Virus record (IMG/VR): IMGVR_UViG_3300024350_000252
Location: 62,001-126,000 of that record
Length of the DNA: 64,000 bases
Reading direction: 5' to 3' (one strand)
The notes under the pieces were generated by a model that saw only the letters and a program-made list of their open reading frames with translations, had not been told where the DNA came from and did no database searches. Every line of letters begins with the position of its first letter. The stretch's first letter is position 1. Positions 24,825-34,065 of the stretch are shown piece after piece. Both the position numbers and the translations under genes were made by a program.

Positions 24825-25412
24825 ATGACCACAGCACTAAAACACGTGGGGCGATTAAAAGATACAAAACAAAAGGTCCTAGTAGTGTTTAAGACCATTC
24901 CAGACGATTTCTATAATTGTTTGGTAGCTAGTACATCTAACTTTAATGACGAAGATCATAATTCTATCATGACCGTCGTAGAAAGCACACAAGGACAAGA
25001 TGCTTTTGAATTAGGTGAAGTACTAGCCAATCGTTATTTTAGAGATGGCAGACCCATGCTGGCTTCTCTACATCAAGATGGCAAGTTAGTCAAGATTCCT
25101 ACAAGTAGGATAGAAATGACTCCGACTACTACCGATGTGATCAATTTAGATGAACTAAATGTTATGATCGCAGAACAAAGAGGAACACCAGTTCCTAATA
25201 AAGGAGTAGAAGTACAAGAATTAGCCAGAGTACAAGACATACCAAATACTGCCGATAGCGCACAACCGTTGTCTGATAAAGACCTAGCACGTTCTTATCG
25301 CAGTCAAGCTGATGCTATGTATAAAGAAGCAGCCAGACTACGCAAACAAGCAGACGAATTAGATCCGCCTGCTAAGAAAACTGTCAAAGCTAAAGAAGAA
25401 GTAAGTGCCTAA
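24825..25412 (+). CDS. Hypothetical protein
   Basis: AAGGA RBS. Confidence 0.8.
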   Translation: MTTALKHVGRLKDTKQKVLVVFKTIPDDFYNCLVASTSNFNDEDHNSIMTVVESTQGQDAFELGEVLANRYFRDGRPMLASLHQDGKLVKIPTSRIEMTPTTTDVINLDELNVMIAEQRGTPVPNKGVEVQELARVQDIPNTADSAQPLSDKDLARSYRSQADAMYKEAARLRKQADELDPPAKKTVKAKEEVSA

Positions 25413-25719
25413 AAAATTTTTTAAGCCGCCCGCAGATGTCGTCAAGGAGTGGCCCGAAATATTCGAAGATATGTATATGAGCAGCATGCCTGTAAAATAC
25501 ATACGGGGAGTCGAAATAACATTCGACGACGGAAGAGTTTGGGCCATAGACATCTCAGAACAGTTAGATTTAAGAGATGAAAAAGAAATCTTAGATAAGC
25601 TATTTGCTGCTTTCAAAGACTATCAAGAAGAAATACTAACTGTTAATTTCCAAGTCGATATTTCAAAATTGAAAACCGACGTAATAGATTCAACGAAAGG
25701 CCTATTGGACGACAAATGA
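25405..25719 (+). CDS. Hypothetical protein (GTG start)
   Basis: ORF track; overlap coupling. Confidence 0.7.
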   Translation: MPKKFFKPPADVVKEWPEIFEDMYMSSMPVKYIRGVEITFDDGRVWAIDISEQLDLRDEKEILDKLFAAFKDYQEEILTVNFQVDISKLKTDVIDSTKGLLDDK

Positions 25720-26384
25720 ATGTTAAACTGGTTTCCTATTCTCAACCAACAGCAGAGTTTGCGAACATGGGCATCTCGGATGCGCAGGAACTCATTGCGT
25801 ACTGCGCCCGTGTGTCCAACCCAAGCAATCAATTTAACACCGAGACATCAGAAAAACTCATCAGATACTTGGTCAAACACGCACACTGGAGCCCACTCGA
25901 AATGGTCTCAGCCTGCGTTGAAATCACAACCACCCGGGACATTGCCAGACAGATCTTGCGACACAGAAGTTTCAGTTTCCAAGAATTCAGTCAACGCTAT
26001 GCTGACCCAACTAAAGATCTTAAATTCGTTACAAGAGAAGCTAGACTCCAAGACGACAAAAACAGACAGAATAGTATCGAAGCAGATGATCCAGAGTTAC
26101 AAGCATGGTGGGATGCCAAACAAAAATGGGTCATTGAACAAGCTCGCATAGCCTACGAAGAAGCTATCAATAAGGGCATGGCAAAAGAACAGGCTAGAGC
26201 AGTATTGCCAGAAGGTCTGATTGAAAGTAGGCTATATATGAATGGAACCTTGCGCAGTTGGGTACATTTTATAGAATTGCGTTCAGGTAACGGAACTCAA
26301 AAAGAACATAGAGAAATAGCCAAAATGTGTGCTCAGGTTATTGCTCAAGTGTTTCCAATGAGTGTACAATATATACAAGATTAA
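25716..26384 (+). CDS. thyX: FAD-dependent thymidylate synthase
   Basis: HWSPLE, QILRHRSFSFQEFSQRY (RHR-x7-S), EQARAVLP, LRSWVHF. Confidence 0.96.
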   Translation: MNVKLVSYSQPTAEFANMGISDAQELIAYCARVSNPSNQFNTETSEKLIRYLVKHAHWSPLEMVSACVEITTTRDIARQILRHRSFSFQEFSQRYADPTKDLKFVTREARLQDDKNRQNSIEADDPELQAWWDAKQKWVIEQARIAYEEAINKGMAKEQARAVLPEGLIESRLYMNGTLRSWVHFIELRSGNGTQKEHREIAKMCAQVIAQVFPMSVQYIQD

Positions 26385-26403
26385 CTTTAAGGAGAATATC
26401 TCT

Positions 26404-27081
26404 ATGTTAGCAACAGGTACATATAGAAGTGCGGATGCCATTAACTCTGCTATGTTGAGAGTCTACAATCACATGCTCAGTGCTGTTGTGATTTCTGGAC
26501 TGACTGCCGCAGGTGTTGCCAGTTCACCCGCATTATTGTCTTTCTTTTTTACAGGCCCAATGATGTGGGTTACACTATTCCTGCCGTTGGTTTGTATCTT
26601 AGGATTTGCCTTTGCTCAAGAAAATTTGAGCAAGACAGGACTACAACTATTCCTAATGGCATTTGCTGCTCTTATGGGGCTTAGCCTTAGTGCTATGTTT
26701 GCTGTGTTCACTTTAGGTTCAGTAGTCAGCGCATTTTTAGGATCGGCGGTTCTGTTTGGTACCATGAGCTTTTATGGTTACTTTACTAAACGCAGTTTAG
26801 AAAGTTTAGGCCAGTTTATGTTTATTGGTTTGATCGCTATCGTTATCGCAAGCATTGTCAATATCTTTATCGGTTCATCAGTAATGACCATGGTGATTTC
26901 AGCATTGGCAATCATTATATTCTTAGGTTTAACAGCCTATGACACACAACAAATTCGTGAAATGGTAACTATTGATTCCGACACCGGACGAGAAGAAGTA
27001 TTAGGTGCGTTGACACTATACATGGACTTTATCAATCTGTTTATCAATCTATTACAGATTATTGGTGTTAAACGGGATTAA
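26404..27081 (+). CDS. Bax inhibitor-1 / YccA family membrane protein
   Basis: Seven hydrophobic segments, TAYDTQ and ALTLYMDFINLF motifs; AAGGAG RBS places start at 26404. Confidence 0.9.
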   Translation: MLATGTYRSADAINSAMLRVYNHMLSAVVISGLTAAGVASSPALLSFFFTGPMMWVTLFLPLVCILGFAFAQENLSKTGLQLFLMAFAALMGLSLSAMFAVFTLGSVVSAFLGSAVLFGTMSFYGYFTKRSLESLGQFMFIGLIAIVIASIVNIFIGSSVMTMVISALAIIIFLGLTAYDTQQIREMVTIDSDTGREEVLGALTLYMDFINLFINLLQIIGVKRD

Positions 27082-28495
27082 GTTTTTTACAGTAAAAATA
27101 AAATTCTGCCAATTCGGGGAACGTTTCTAAAAAATTCGTTCCCCGTCTCTTATCATGTTCATCGACAAAGGCTACAAAATCTTTTCTATTTCTATCCTGT
27201 AGTCCATCCATTCTGCTACTGAATATAGAATATAGACGTTCTAGTTTCTGTATCTCGCTTTTATAAAATCCGACAGAATTGTCACCTTTAGAAACAGTAT
27301 TAGCTTTCATAAAAGCAATTTGTTCTTTGATCATAGACATGATATCTTTGGTCAAGATACCTACTGTTTGATGAGGAGGATTATTCAAATATGGTATGTC
27401 TAGATTAACAGGATGGGTGCCTATATCAATATTAAAGACTTTGTTTAGTACTCTTTCGTACCATTTTGGTTTTCCATATTTTTCATTAAGATAAAGGATA
27501 TCTTTTAGAAACTCTGTATAACTAGTAACAGACAGAGCATTATAAGTGCTCATTATTCCTATCTTGGCTCTGGGAACTTCTGTTAGATACTTTTCACAAT
27601 TAGACAACCACTTGGCGTAATCTAATCCGAAACGAATATACTCTGCTTGTTTGCCATGTGCTTCACAGCTAGTATAAACAAGAATAGATTTTACAGATTT
27701 TGATATCTGTATCTTTTTAAGTTTTTCTATAAACTTATCAAACAGGTCATCAGGTACACAAAAATTCGAATTGATGTTTAATTCTAGATTCTTATTAGGA
27801 TTTTCCAGTATATGATCTAACACTCTGAAAGTATGCTTGCTAAGGAGAGGTTCGCCTCCAGTGATACGGAATGTGTGTAGAGTTGGGTATAATTCAGGCC
27901 ACCATTGCCAAAATGCTTCAACATATGGATTATATTCTCTTTCAGGATGTGGCATCTTGTTCTGTATCTGTACCCATTCTAGATTATTAAATCTCATAGA
28001 AGTAGGATACGGACCAAACTCTTTTATCTCTTCCATCCACTTGCTGCTAACATCCGGAGAGCAATACGAACACTTAAAATTACAAACATTTGAAAAAGAA
28101 ATTTCTAGATAACTAGGATTTACGTTACCATCTGATCCGGCTGCTAGATATTCTTTCAATCTATCTTTAGACCAGGGTTCGTAACTTTTTAATATCCTAT
28201 CGCTGAGTGTATGACCACTGTCCTCAGCTTTCCAACAATAATCACATTCGCTAGGGCGAGATCCATCTAGCATCTGTTTACGCAACAGTTTTTTGTATCC
28301 TGTATTATGTAATGCGCTGGGGTTTTCTTTTATTTCTTCTATAGGGATGACATGAGTTCTAGGGTGATGGCAACTGTGCGTATGCCCTACACCAAGATGT
28401 ATAGTTACCTGGCTCCATTTGGCCGTACAGAAGCTAGGACTAATCTTGTCCATTTCTTTCTTATATTCTAGACGTTCTTTAGTCCAACTGTTCAT
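27068..28495 (-). CDS. Radical SAM protein with N-terminal Cys-rich (twitch-like) domain
   Basis: CNFKCSYC (CX3CX2C), ITGGEPLL; N-terminal FC...SCHH...CDYC. Confidence 0.88.
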   Translation of the reverse strand: MNSWTKERLEYKKEMDKISPSFCTAKWSQVTIHLGVGHTHSCHHPRTHVIPIEEIKENPSALHNTGYKKLLRKQMLDGSRPSECDYCWKAEDSGHTLSDRILKSYEPWSKDRLKEYLAAGSDGNVNPSYLEISFSNVCNFKCSYCSPDVSSKWMEEIKEFGPYPTSMRFNNLEWVQIQNKMPHPEREYNPYVEAFWQWWPELYPTLHTFRITGGEPLLSKHTFRVLDHILENPNKNLELNINSNFCVPDDLFDKFIEKLKKIQISKSVKSILVYTSCEAHGKQAEYIRFGLDYAKWLSNCEKYLTEVPRAKIGIMSTYNALSVTSYTEFLKDILYLNEKYGKPKWYERVLNKVFNIDIGTHPVNLDIPYLNNPPHQTVGILTKDIMSMIKEQIAFMKANTVSKGDNSVGFYKSEIQKLERLYSIFSSRMDGLQDRNRKDFVAFVDEHDKRRGTNFLETFPELAEFYFYCKKLNPV

Positions 28496-29153
28496 ATTGA
28501 TTTTTTAACCACACAAAATCATTTATTTTTTTAAGTGCTTCTTGATTGTCTTTGTTTTCTCGACCAAACTGTTCGCCTGCTCTAGCACCTTTAAGAGATT
28601 CATAAGCAAAAGGAGAATCGTTAGATTCAGTACACCAAATTTTTAATCGTGCTTCGTCTGTTTTTATATTTCTATTCTTGATAGTGCCCGATGCTAATTT
28701 GACACACTCCCTAAATGCTGTTCTCCAAGCATGGAATGCTGTGCTGTTATAAGCATGATAATTCAACACATGTTCTACTATCTTTATTCGGCCATAAAAA
28801 CTGGTACTGAAATCTATGCGTTCTTGATCATCGAACAGAGTTTTATCAAATATTTTTATTCCGCCGTGACCGTATTCCAACCCATTTATAGGATTTCTTG
28901 CTCTAAAAATATAGATGTATCCTCTTTCTTGTGTTTTCTTGTAGACATCAAAAAGATTAAAATCATCCAAGAGAACAGCATCTCCATCTATAAGCATAAA
29001 TTGATTAGTGTCAGAGATATTAGCACAGTGCTTATGAGACTGTGCTATAGACATTTTGGTGTCTATTTTTTTAAGATCTTTTATCTTTTCTTTTGCCAGC
29101 TGAAAGTTTTTTTCTGCGTTTGGCTCATCATATGCTAGGAAAAATTTTTCCAT
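28479..29153 (-). CDS. GT-A-like putative glycosyltransferase
   Basis: YDEPNAE, SH..C, IDGD (DxD), YGHGGIK, AWRTAFRE; paralog of next gene. Confidence 0.65.
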   Translation of the reverse strand: MEKFFLAYDEPNAEKNFQLAKEKIKDLKKIDTKMSIAQSHKHCANISDTNQFMLIDGDAVLLDDFNLFDVYKKTQERGYIYIFRARNPINGLEYGHGGIKIFDKTLFDDQERIDFSTSFYGRIKIVEHVLNYHAYNSTAFHAWRTAFRECVKLASGTIKNRNIKTDEARLKIWCTESNDSPFAYESLKGARAGEQFGRENKDNQEALKKINDFVWLKNQYEQLD

Positions 29154-30055
29154 ATTGGACTCTTATTGTAATAGGTCTGTCCTAACGAAATAGATTCAGA
29201 ATAAAGATCTAATATGTATTCGCTTTGATCTTTATCAAAATAGGCCCAGTTTAAACCTAGTTCTAATTTTATTTTTTCACCTAGTGATTTTATTTCTTCT
29301 ACAAGACCCTTGTCGTTATCATCAACATAGGGTTTCACATACTGACCATAGATTCCCTGTAATATGTCAAAGTCTCTAACTTCACGATAGTCCCAATCTG
29401 TACAATAGGCTAACCATGTACCTAATCTCGCACCATATATAGCATAAAGCCCATTATTAACGTGAGCCCCTACAGAACTCCAAATACGAAGTCTATGTAT
29501 GTTGTGCCAGTAGATTTCTTTCGTGATTAAAGACTTGTGTACTTTTACACCGTTCTTGGTCAACATCTTTACTCCTTCGCGGAAGCCGGCACGCCAGGCC
29601 TGTAAAGGAGTAGCATTTATTATAGTGTCGCTGAATACTGATGGAAAGTTCATATAACCTTTTTCCCAACAGAAATCAACTTGTGCGTTTTCTGATTCAG
29701 CAGCTTCATGCGTTTTCATCTGCTCTATGAAAGATTTTTTCCATATTTTTAAACCACCGTTGCCATAACTTAGATGATTAATATTGTTTTGACCGCACCA
29801 GCTATACACTTCTATAGCAGGTAGTTCCTCAAAGGCAATATCAAAAAAAGCTGGTCGTACTTGATTATCACCATCAACAGTTACTAACCACTCTGTGTTA
29901 GATAATTTTGCTGCTGCTTTATGAGCATTATCACTGCCTTTGACTCCGTGTACACGTTGAGCCCAGGGTGCCTTAGATAGCAGGTCAGCCCAATTTATTT
30001 CAGCATTAGGCTCATCATAGGAAATAAAAATAATATCTAGATCTGAAACTTTCAT
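29135..30055 (-). CDS. GT-A-like putative glycosyltransferase
   Basis: ISYDEPNAE, HGVKG..NAH, VDGD, YGNGGLK, AWRAGFRE; start moved to second Met. Confidence 0.7.
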   Translation of the reverse strand: MKVSDLDIIFISYDEPNAEINWADLLSKAPWAQRVHGVKGSDNAHKAAAKLSNTEWLVTVDGDNQVRPAFFDIAFEELPAIEVYSWCGQNNINHLSYGNGGLKIWKKSFIEQMKTHEAAESENAQVDFCWEKGYMNFPSVFSDTIINATPLQAWRAGFREGVKMLTKNGVKVHKSLITKEIYWHNIHRLRIWSSVGAHVNNGLYAIYGARLGTWLAYCTDWDYREVRDFDILQGIYGQYVKPYVDDNDKGLVEEIKSLGEKIKLELGLNWAYFDKDQSEYILDLYSESISLGQTYYNKSPIWKNFS

Positions 30056-30636
30056 TTTATAGTGTAACAAGCTGAAATAAAAATCTTTCTATAATACAGA
30101 CTAAAATCATTGGCAAACAATTTAGTAGGATTCATGTCTGTTATCATAAATTCTTTTTCATTGTTTTCATCAAACTCATCAAAATTACAATTAAAAGTCT
30201 GATAGTGTGCGTTAATATCTCCCTTGCCGGTAAGATGTAAATCGAAACTATTCTTAGAAGGATCTGCTTTAGCAGATGGCGGTCCATTGTATTTTACGAT
30301 CATACGAGGTGAATGATCTCTAGTAAAAACAGTGACTACTAGATCAGTAGTTTGATTGTTCCTAGCTGGGGAAAACGGTAATTGAATGAATTGATTAAAA
30401 TCAGGATCATTGTCTAAAGTTTCTTCTATGCTATAGATCCTTATACTATTACCGTCAATATTAACTTTATAGTTGTGTATATTTTTAACACCTCGAGATA
30501 TTTCGTCAAACAATGGCTGGTATTCGTCAGGAACTGTGATTACCTGTAGAGTGGGATCATTGCTTTTAACAATAACAGATTTACTACCTCCTACTATATC
30601 CCCGGTAGTAGTTCTTACTACGATGTTATGTAACAT
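30052..30636 (-). CDS. Hypothetical protein
   Basis: ORF track; overlap-coupled in operon. Confidence 0.75.
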   Translation of the reverse strand: MLHNIVVRTTTGDIVGGSKSVIVKSNDPTLQVITVPDEYQPLFDEISRGVKNIHNYKVNIDGNSIRIYSIEETLDNDPDFNQFIQLPFSPARNNQTTDLVVTVFTRDHSPRMIVKYNGPPSAKADPSKNSFDLHLTGKGDINAHYQTFNCNFDEFDENNEKEFMITDMNPTKLFANDFSLYYRKIFISACYTIK

Positions 30637-31486
30637 TTTTAAAATTCTCCATCATGATGTTATGATAGTTACTTATCATATCCTGTGTGAACAGATCTTT
30701 TTGACTGTAATGTATGATATCAGTTTGATTAAAACTACCTATCTTAAATCGATTCAGCTTGTCAAAGTAATAACCAACTTCTTTGCCCATTTTTTGTACA
30801 TTGGTTTTGAACCCTTGTATCCTAGGTTTTAGATGTACAAATCGAGGAAATTCTAAATCATATGAAATAGTATCTTCTAAATCTAATATCTTTGCTGCTA
30901 AAGAAAATGCTTCATCTGTGCCTACAACTTCTGGTATATCTTTATCAAGGAAATAATTTTTAAATTCAGTTGGATAATCTATGATATATCGACCCATGTT
31001 GAAAAATTTTTCAACAATTAATGATGTCTTATCAAAAAATGTATACGCCGAATATAGGATAGGCAATTGATTTTTTTCATATGTTTGTCTATAAAAATTA
31101 TCAGTAACAATATCGTCTCTAAATGTCTTTACCTTATTAGTCACATAAATTTCTGTATTAGAATTTATAAAATAATCAATCCAATGACTAGTATCTCTGA
31201 CCATCAACATATCAGCATCAAGACAGACTGTGTATCGCCAAGGGCTTAACTGATCCATATATGATCTACCATCCCAGTGCTGTTTTTTATCCCAGAATAT
31301 AACTTGATTAAACACAGGACTAGAACTAATGACTGGTATCGTTTCCTTATCATCTGTTATTAATGCTACTTTATCGTATCCTTGTTTCTGTGTGGCTTTT
31401 ATAGATAAAGCCAACAAGTAGGCCATCGACAGATATTCATTGGTGCTAGATTTAGAAATGACTACAAGATATCCAAAATCTTTCAT
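30626..31486 (-). CDS. GT8-like putative glycosyltransferase
   Basis: Y..MAYLLALSIK, VALITD, VCLDADML (DxD), TDEAFS, late HY motif. Confidence 0.7.
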   Translation of the reverse strand: MKDFGYLVVISKSSTNEYLSMAYLLALSIKATQKQGYDKVALITDDKETIPVISSSPVFNQVIFWDKKQHWDGRSYMDQLSPWRYTVCLDADMLMVRDTSHWIDYFINSNTEIYVTNKVKTFRDDIVTDNFYRQTYEKNQLPILYSAYTFFDKTSLIVEKFFNMGRYIIDYPTEFKNYFLDKDIPEVVGTDEAFSLAAKILDLEDTISYDLEFPRFVHLKPRIQGFKTNVQKMGKEVGYYFDKLNRFKIGSFNQTDIIHYSQKDLFTQDMISNYHNIMMENFKNVT

Positions 31487-32298
31487 AGAGATAGAATCTC
31501 CTTTTCAAACTTTAGAATGTCTTGTTTTTTCATAATATGAATAGAAGAATTTTTTATCGATAGCAGAGCAGTTTTATCAAATGCGTCTACAGAAAAATGT
31601 AATCCGTGTTCGTTAACATTTATTAATGTGTCAGTTTTTGTCATCCATATGATAGACGGCAATAAATTCGCACCTTCAACAAATCCATTATAAATGTGAT
31701 TGGCTAATGTAAAAGCTATATCATTCCTAAAAATCCTAGGATTAAATTTATGTATATCACTAACAAATCGATATTCTGTTTTGATGTACTTCATTGTATC
31801 GAACACTAATTTTGCTGCCTGATTTTTTGTAAACATCATAGCAGTAGCCCATCTCAATCGCATAGCAGTATCAGATACACGTAGGTCTTCCGGGTGTAAT
31901 TTATTACCTATAAAATCTATCATACTGTCAGTGATCATAAAATCTTCATCATACTCCCAATAGTGAGAATACTGATCATCGAATATTAAAAGGTCACTAT
32001 CTATCAATAGAGTTCTATCGTATGGTGTAAGTTCAAAAGCCAACTGCCTAGAATCATTTAGGAAAAGCTCAGACTTTCCTTCATATATTCTATAATTATT
32101 TTTTTGAGGAGAATCTATTTCTATAATATTATCAAATATAGAATCATCAAAAGTAGAATTTTCTCTACTTTCTTTGTCGGTGATCAAAGATACCGGCACT
32201 GATAATTTTTTCATAGCTAATTTCGCCGATATTTCAGCTAGCTTTAGATAATCTATAGATTGATTATTGTGTCCAAATATCAATATGCCTTTGTTCAT
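31483..32298 (-). CDS. GT8-like putative glycosyltransferase
   Basis: Y..LA..SA, VSLITD, LLIDSDLL (DxD), RNDIAF, HIMKK; paralog of preceding gene. Confidence 0.7.
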   Translation of the reverse strand: MNKGILIFGHNNQSIDYLKLAEISAKLAMKKLSVPVSLITDKESRENSTFDDSIFDNIIEIDSPQKNNYRIYEGKSELFLNDSRQLAFELTPYDRTLLIDSDLLIFDDQYSHYWEYDEDFMITDSMIDFIGNKLHPEDLRVSDTAMRLRWATAMMFTKNQAAKLVFDTMKYIKTEYRFVSDIHKFNPRIFRNDIAFTLANHIYNGFVEGANLLPSIIWMTKTDTLINVNEHGLHFSVDAFDKTALLSIKNSSIHIMKKQDILKFEKEILSL

Positions 32299-32651
32299 TC
32301 TTTAGGCATCACTCTTAATATATTATTTTTTTGATTTTTTAGATCTTCATAACCTGCTTGATAAAACCCCACAGCAGACCAATATCTGTCTTTTATTAGA
32401 TTTTCAAAATCTTTAAGATCCGGTATCACTATAGGATTTCCATTTGAATCTATAAGGATAACGTCTCGAATTTTTCCTTCAATGATTAGAGACCTTACAA
32501 AAACTAAAAGATGGCTGTCTATCTTGAACAGACCTCCTTGATAGCCAAATGTAGTGTCAGCTGAAAATTTTTCAGCAAGATATTTTTTTTGAGTCTTAAT
32601 GCTCAACATCTTGTTTGAAAAATCTATAGCATTTTGTAGATTTTCGTTCAT
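32295..32651 (-). CDS. Hypothetical protein
   Basis: First gene of the GT block; overlap-coupled. Confidence 0.75.
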   Translation of the reverse strand: MNENLQNAIDFSNKMLSIKTQKKYLAEKFSADTTFGYQGGLFKIDSHLLVFVRSLIIEGKIRDVILIDSNGNPIVIPDLKDFENLIKDRYWSAVGFYQAGYEDLKNQKNNILRVMPKE

Positions 32652-32689
32652 AAAAAAACCCCTAGCTTTGTATATATGCTAAGGGTTTT
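32652..32689 (-). terminator. Hairpin plus T7 tract abutting a start codon (terminator and/or RBS-sequestering stem)
   Basis: Minus strand AAAACCCTTAGC-atatatacaaa-GCTAGGGGTTTT-TTT-ATG. Confidence 0.65.
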
Positions 32690-32708
32690 GCTGATCTGTA
32701 AGTCTTGA

Positions 32709-34055
32709 TTACGAAAATACTGAGCCACCGGATCCATTGCTGAAACTAATTTGCGAATTAGTCCAAGGTACTACGTAAGGATCTGATTGTAGTGTTATAC
32801 TGCCAACGGTGTAATATAATGTCAAATTCAATTGGAATCTAGCTGTCACGTTTGGAGAGAATTGGTTCACGTGTCCGTTGTATAGATCGATCAAAATACC
32901 AATTTTCTTTTGTGTATATGCTCTGTGTTTAATACCTATATAGTTAGTAGTATAACTGGTTGTAGTAGATGTCACTTGATTGATATAACCAAGGTTACCA
33001 TATGTAGCTGCGGTGGCATTGTATGCTCCTGCCGAAGTCCAAGGTGCGCTTGCCGGTTGCCCATACGCTCCAGTCTGGCCGTAAGGTCCTACTCCTGATG
33101 CTGTATAGCCCATGCCTGCTTTGTTATAGGCACCATAGTTAATACCTCCTGTGCCAAATAAAGACTTGGCTAAATTTTGCCAATCTTGGTTTTGAGAGGC
33201 GGCGCTTGCCGGACCATTGGTAATATTTGTTACTACTAGGTTAAGATTAAAAAATCCCCCAGTATTAAAATACTGTACGAAATCATAATTAGTCGGAAAG
33301 TCGATGATCGTTTCAACGCTCATAAGACCGTTACCCCAAGGATTGGTCGCACCATCTCTAACAGGAGCAACGTTCCAACCAAAATAAAATGCGTCTTGCA
33401 TGATAAACTTGTAAGTGTTTACATCATTTACTCTGTTGTAAAATGGAAGATAGATATCATGTAAAATAGGATCTCCACGAACAGGTTGAGGACAATGACT
33501 TGTTACACCTGTCGTAGGCCATGCGTTACCTATTTGCGGATCATTAGCTAAATCACTGCCAGTCACATGCTTCCATGCTTTATTAAGATCTATCCTTAAA
33601 TTATTGAACTGATTAGCAGAAATAACAAACTGTGATATAGCACCAGTACCGCCTGCCCATCCACTAGGATAACCATTGGATACTCTGCTATCCACATTAA
33701 CCAGCGAAAATACTGTAGGACTAATTATTTGATTGACTACAAAATAATTACCGTTCAGAGGAGTTGCTCCCCAAGATACATTGCTTATATTATCAATGTA
33801 AATTTGTTCACCTGCTACTAAGTTATGATTAGCAGTTGTAGTAATTTGGCAGGGATTGGTATTCGATATGCTAGCTATAGTTCTGTTAAATGGATATGCC
33901 AAAGATGCTAGGCTACTTAAAGGTAATCCATATCCAGTTCCTTTTATATACACATTCGGTGCGGAAGTCTGAAGAGGCCCAACCAATGTGGCTATTGTGC
34001 TATAAAGAGCATTGTAATCACTATATCTAACTGGATCATACTGGTTTGCTGGCAT
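32709..34055 (-). CDS. Virion structural protein with an FCCH-like beta domain
   Basis: ISNTNPCQITT..NHNL..GE.I.I pattern; Asn/Thr/Gly-rich; located in tail module. Confidence 0.7.
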   Translation of the reverse strand: MPANQYDPVRYSDYNALYSTIATLVGPLQTSAPNVYIKGTGYGLPLSSLASLAYPFNRTIASISNTNPCQITTTANHNLVAGEQIYIDNISNVSWGATPLNGNYFVVNQIISPTVFSLVNVDSRVSNGYPSGWAGGTGAISQFVISANQFNNLRIDLNKAWKHVTGSDLANDPQIGNAWPTTGVTSHCPQPVRGDPILHDIYLPFYNRVNDVNTYKFIMQDAFYFGWNVAPVRDGATNPWGNGLMSVETIIDFPTNYDFVQYFNTGGFFNLNLVVTNITNGPASAASQNQDWQNLAKSLFGTGGINYGAYNKAGMGYTASGVGPYGQTGAYGQPASAPWTSAGAYNATAATYGNLGYINQVTSTTTSYTTNYIGIKHRAYTQKKIGILIDLYNGHVNQFSPNVTARFQLNLTLYYTVGSITLQSDPYVVPWTNSQISFSNGSGGSVFS

Positions 34056-34065
34056 CTGTCTTACC

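Noticed and set aside
25720-26151. 143-aa alternative-frame ORF inside thyX, plus other long antisense or off-frame ORFs in the track (e.g. 1181-1618, 4649-5065, 8501-8974, 48141-48599)
   Set aside because: Fully nested in well-supported genes, with no RBS or recognisable motifs; most likely shadow ORFs.
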